A DNA stretch of 50,293 nt, taken from the NCBI GenBank assembly GCA_902538155.1, contig CACBDX010000004.1:1-50293 (forward strand), in the 5' to 3' direction. The translations under genes and the position numbers were made by a program. Shown piece by piece: positions 48,277 through 50,293 of the stretch; the stretch's first letter is position 1; each line of letters starts with the position of its first letter. This DNA comes from an uncultured Alphaproteobacteria bacterium (GTDB lineage Bacteria > Pseudomonadota > Alphaproteobacteria > HIMB59 > GCA-002718135). A model generated the notes under the pieces. That model saw only the letters and a list, made by a program, of their open reading frames with translations, was not told the origin of the DNA and made no database searches.

Positions 48277-49212
48277 TTATTCAATAAGAATTTCAGTTTC
48301 CTTATAACCTTTTGAGATAAAGTATGAAACCAAATTATTTGCTTCTATTTTTTCTAAAGGACCAATAATTACGTCATATTTGGAATTATTTTTTTCTGAA
48401 GTATATTTTAAATTATTATCATAATTATCTAATACTGATCGAATACTCTCATAATTTTCAAATCCTATTACTCTTAAATATAATTTAAAATAAGTTATTT
48501 TTTCTGATTTTAACTCAATTGGCTCATCTATAATTGTATTAGTTTCATCTTTAGTTTCTGAAATTTCATCAATTTCTTCAATAGATACAATATCTGTTGG
48601 AGCAGATGAGATAGTTACATCAAAATTTTCTTCATTTAACGAATTTGCAACACTTTTCCATTGCTTGCTAGCATCAGAAAGTATTTCTACTTTTACAGTA
48701 GCTAATTTAGATTTATAAAAACCAAGAAGTTGAGCTACTTTTCTTGATACTTGAATAATAACTGCATTATCATCATGTCTATCTATAATTTTTACATTTA
48801 TAGATAAGCCATTATCCAAGTTAGTGACCTTAACCATACTTGGAATAGGTAGAGTTTTATGCCTACCAAGTAATTCTGTAACTTTATTGTAATCATTATT
48901 TACGGTTTTAATATTATGTAATTCCTTACCATAAAAAGAAGAAAGTCCAATTTCTGAATAATTATAATTTTCCTCTGGAGTATAACTAACTCCTTCAATA
49001 AAATAAGGCTCACCAACATAATAAAAAATATTATCTTTTATTTGTTTATTTTTTGATAGATTTTTTTCTTTTTTATCTTCTTTTTTATTTTCAATTATTT
49101 CTTCTATTTTGTTTGTGCTATTTTCTACAACTTCAGAAACATTATTAAGATCTAGTTCATTACAAGAAAATATAAATAAAATAAGTATTAAACTAATTAG
49201 ATATTTTATCAC
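48277..49212 (-). CDS. rlpA: RlpA-like lipoprotein (DPBB domain plus degenerate SPOR domain)
   Basis: Lipobox IFSC; motifs VGxPY, SFYG and HKTLPxPSxVKVTNL; synteny with mltB and dac. Confidence 0.85.
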   Translation of the reverse strand: MIKYLISLILILFIFSCNELDLNNVSEVVENSTNKIEEIIENKKEDKKEKNLSKNKQIKDNIFYYVGEPYFIEGVSYTPEENYNYSEIGLSSFYGKELHNIKTVNNDYNKVTELLGRHKTLPIPSMVKVTNLDNGLSINVKIIDRHDDNAVIIQVSRKVAQLLGFYKSKLATVKVEILSDASKQWKSVANSLNEENFDVTISSAPTDIVSIEEIDEISETKDETNTIIDEPIELKSEKITYFKLYLRVIGFENYESIRSVLDNYDNNLKYTSEKNNSKYDVIIGPLEKIEANNLVSYFISKGYKETEILIE

Positions 49213-50230
49213 TTAGGAGACCTACTGATACAGCATAATATGATGAACAATTATAATAAAGAATATTTTTGTAATTTGGATAAACTATGAACATTCTTCC
49301 GTTTATCCCATCTGGCATTATTAATCTAGCCTCTAAATTATCTCTTATTGGTAAAGGATCTCCATTGATTTTTGTAAATCCTAACTTTGACCATTCCGAT
49401 AATGTTTTTGGGATTGATCTACGTTTAACTGCGCCACAGCCTTTGGGGTTAACTTGCTTTATAGAATCAAAGAAAGATGAGGAAATATTTTTTGGAGGAA
49501 GCACTTCTCTTCCCCAGGTGCTATCATTAGACCATGGATTTTTATCTAATGAAGTTAAATAATTTGCAGTACTAGCAAACGCATCTGCATAACTGCTCCA
49601 TATATCTATACCATCACCATCCCAGTCGTATGCTGTTTCTAAAAAAGTTGTCGGTATCATTTGAGTCATACCTACTGCCCCACCCCAACTTCCTTTTAAT
49701 TCTCCACTAGGAACAAGATTTTTGTCTAAAATTTCAAGAGCGGCAAATAATTGTTTTTTGTAAAAATCACTTCTTCTTCTATCAAATGCAAGAGTTGTTA
49801 TTGCAATTATGGAATTAATTTTTCCTTGATTTCTTCCATAATAACTTTCCATACCTAATACAGCTACTATAAACCTAGGTTGTATTTTAAAATGTTCTCC
49901 AATTTCTTTTAATAAATCCTCGTGTTTTTTTAAAAAATTTTTTCCCACAAATATTTTATCTTTTGTAATTGTATAAAATAAATACTCATCTAGAGTCATT
50001 GTTGATGCTGGTTGGCATCGATCACGCATAATAATTTTACTTTGTGGCTTAACGTTATTTAATTGTTTTGAAATAGTATTTTGACTTATGCCTATTTCTA
50101 AGGCTTCTTTTTTTATATTTGAAAGCCAACTATTCCATTCTTCATCAGATGGCATTTTTGGTTTTTCACAATCTGCTGAGTAGAGATTAAATGATATGAA
50201 TAAAAATAATATTACAAATCTAAAAATCAT
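49193..50230 (-). CDS. Lytic murein transglycosylase (MltB/Slt35 family)
   Basis: Motifs GMESxYG, GSWxGAxGxxQ, DWDGDG, STANYL and YNxSxYYA. Confidence 0.92.
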   Translation of the reverse strand: MIFRFVILFLFISFNLYSADCEKPKMPSDEEWNSWLSNIKKEALEIGISQNTISKQLNNVKPQSKIIMRDRCQPASTMTLDEYLFYTITKDKIFVGKNFLKKHEDLLKEIGEHFKIQPRFIVAVLGMESYYGRNQGKINSIIAITTLAFDRRRSDFYKKQLFAALEILDKNLVPSGELKGSWGGAVGMTQMIPTTFLETAYDWDGDGIDIWSSYADAFASTANYLTSLDKNPWSNDSTWGREVLPPKNISSSFFDSIKQVNPKGCGAVKRRSIPKTLSEWSKLGFTKINGDPLPIRDNLEARLIMPDGINGRMFIVYPNYKNILYYNCSSYYAVSVGLLSDKISN

Positions 50231-50293
50231 TATATAAAAATACCAAAACTATCGTTAATTAGGAAATGATATATACTTAATATTTTGACATTT

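Noticed and set aside
586-49562. Short track ORFs overlapping longer genes (e.g. 586-771, 904-1119, 8686-8955, 9474-9683, 9516-9701, 13590-13772, 14592-14807, 17840-18064, 27007-27198, 36078-36316, 40035-40226, 41492-41710, 42047-42364, 46838-47059, 49287-49562)
   Set aside because: They are antisense or off-frame shadows of well-supported genes, with no motifs.

Overview
This is a very AT-rich, densely packed chromosomal segment of a streamlined, probably marine, alphaproteobacterium (SAR11/HIMB59-like by gene content and style; this is inference, no marker gene is present). From left to right it holds: a sugar-catabolic cluster (FGGY kinase, aldo/keto reductase, 2-hydroxyacid dehydrogenase, PQQ sugar dehydrogenase, GH32/68-like propeller); small orphan genes; a circularly permuted ATP-grasp / alpha-E / transglutaminase operon; pcs; a Nudix gene and photolyase; a cNMP-acyltransferase-SGNH fusion; apiose-oxidation-like genes; a DMT/MFS transporter-rich region; and the core mltB-rlpA-dac-tmk-holB-metG-tatD block. 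The best finding is upstream of the ATP-grasp operon: two tandem glutamine-I (glnA-motif) riboswitch aptamers, followed by mutually exclusive hairpins and an unannotated 20-codon leader ORF whose stop overlaps the ligase start. This suggests a glutamine-sensing peptide ligation/tagging system. Also notable are the 870-aa cNMP-regulated acyl writer/eraser fusion and a twice-occurring TGTGGCAC...GTGCCACA inverted-repeat element in divergent promoter regions. I saw no rRNA, tRNA, CRISPR array, integrase or transposase. All calls come from motif reading by eye; no searches were run.
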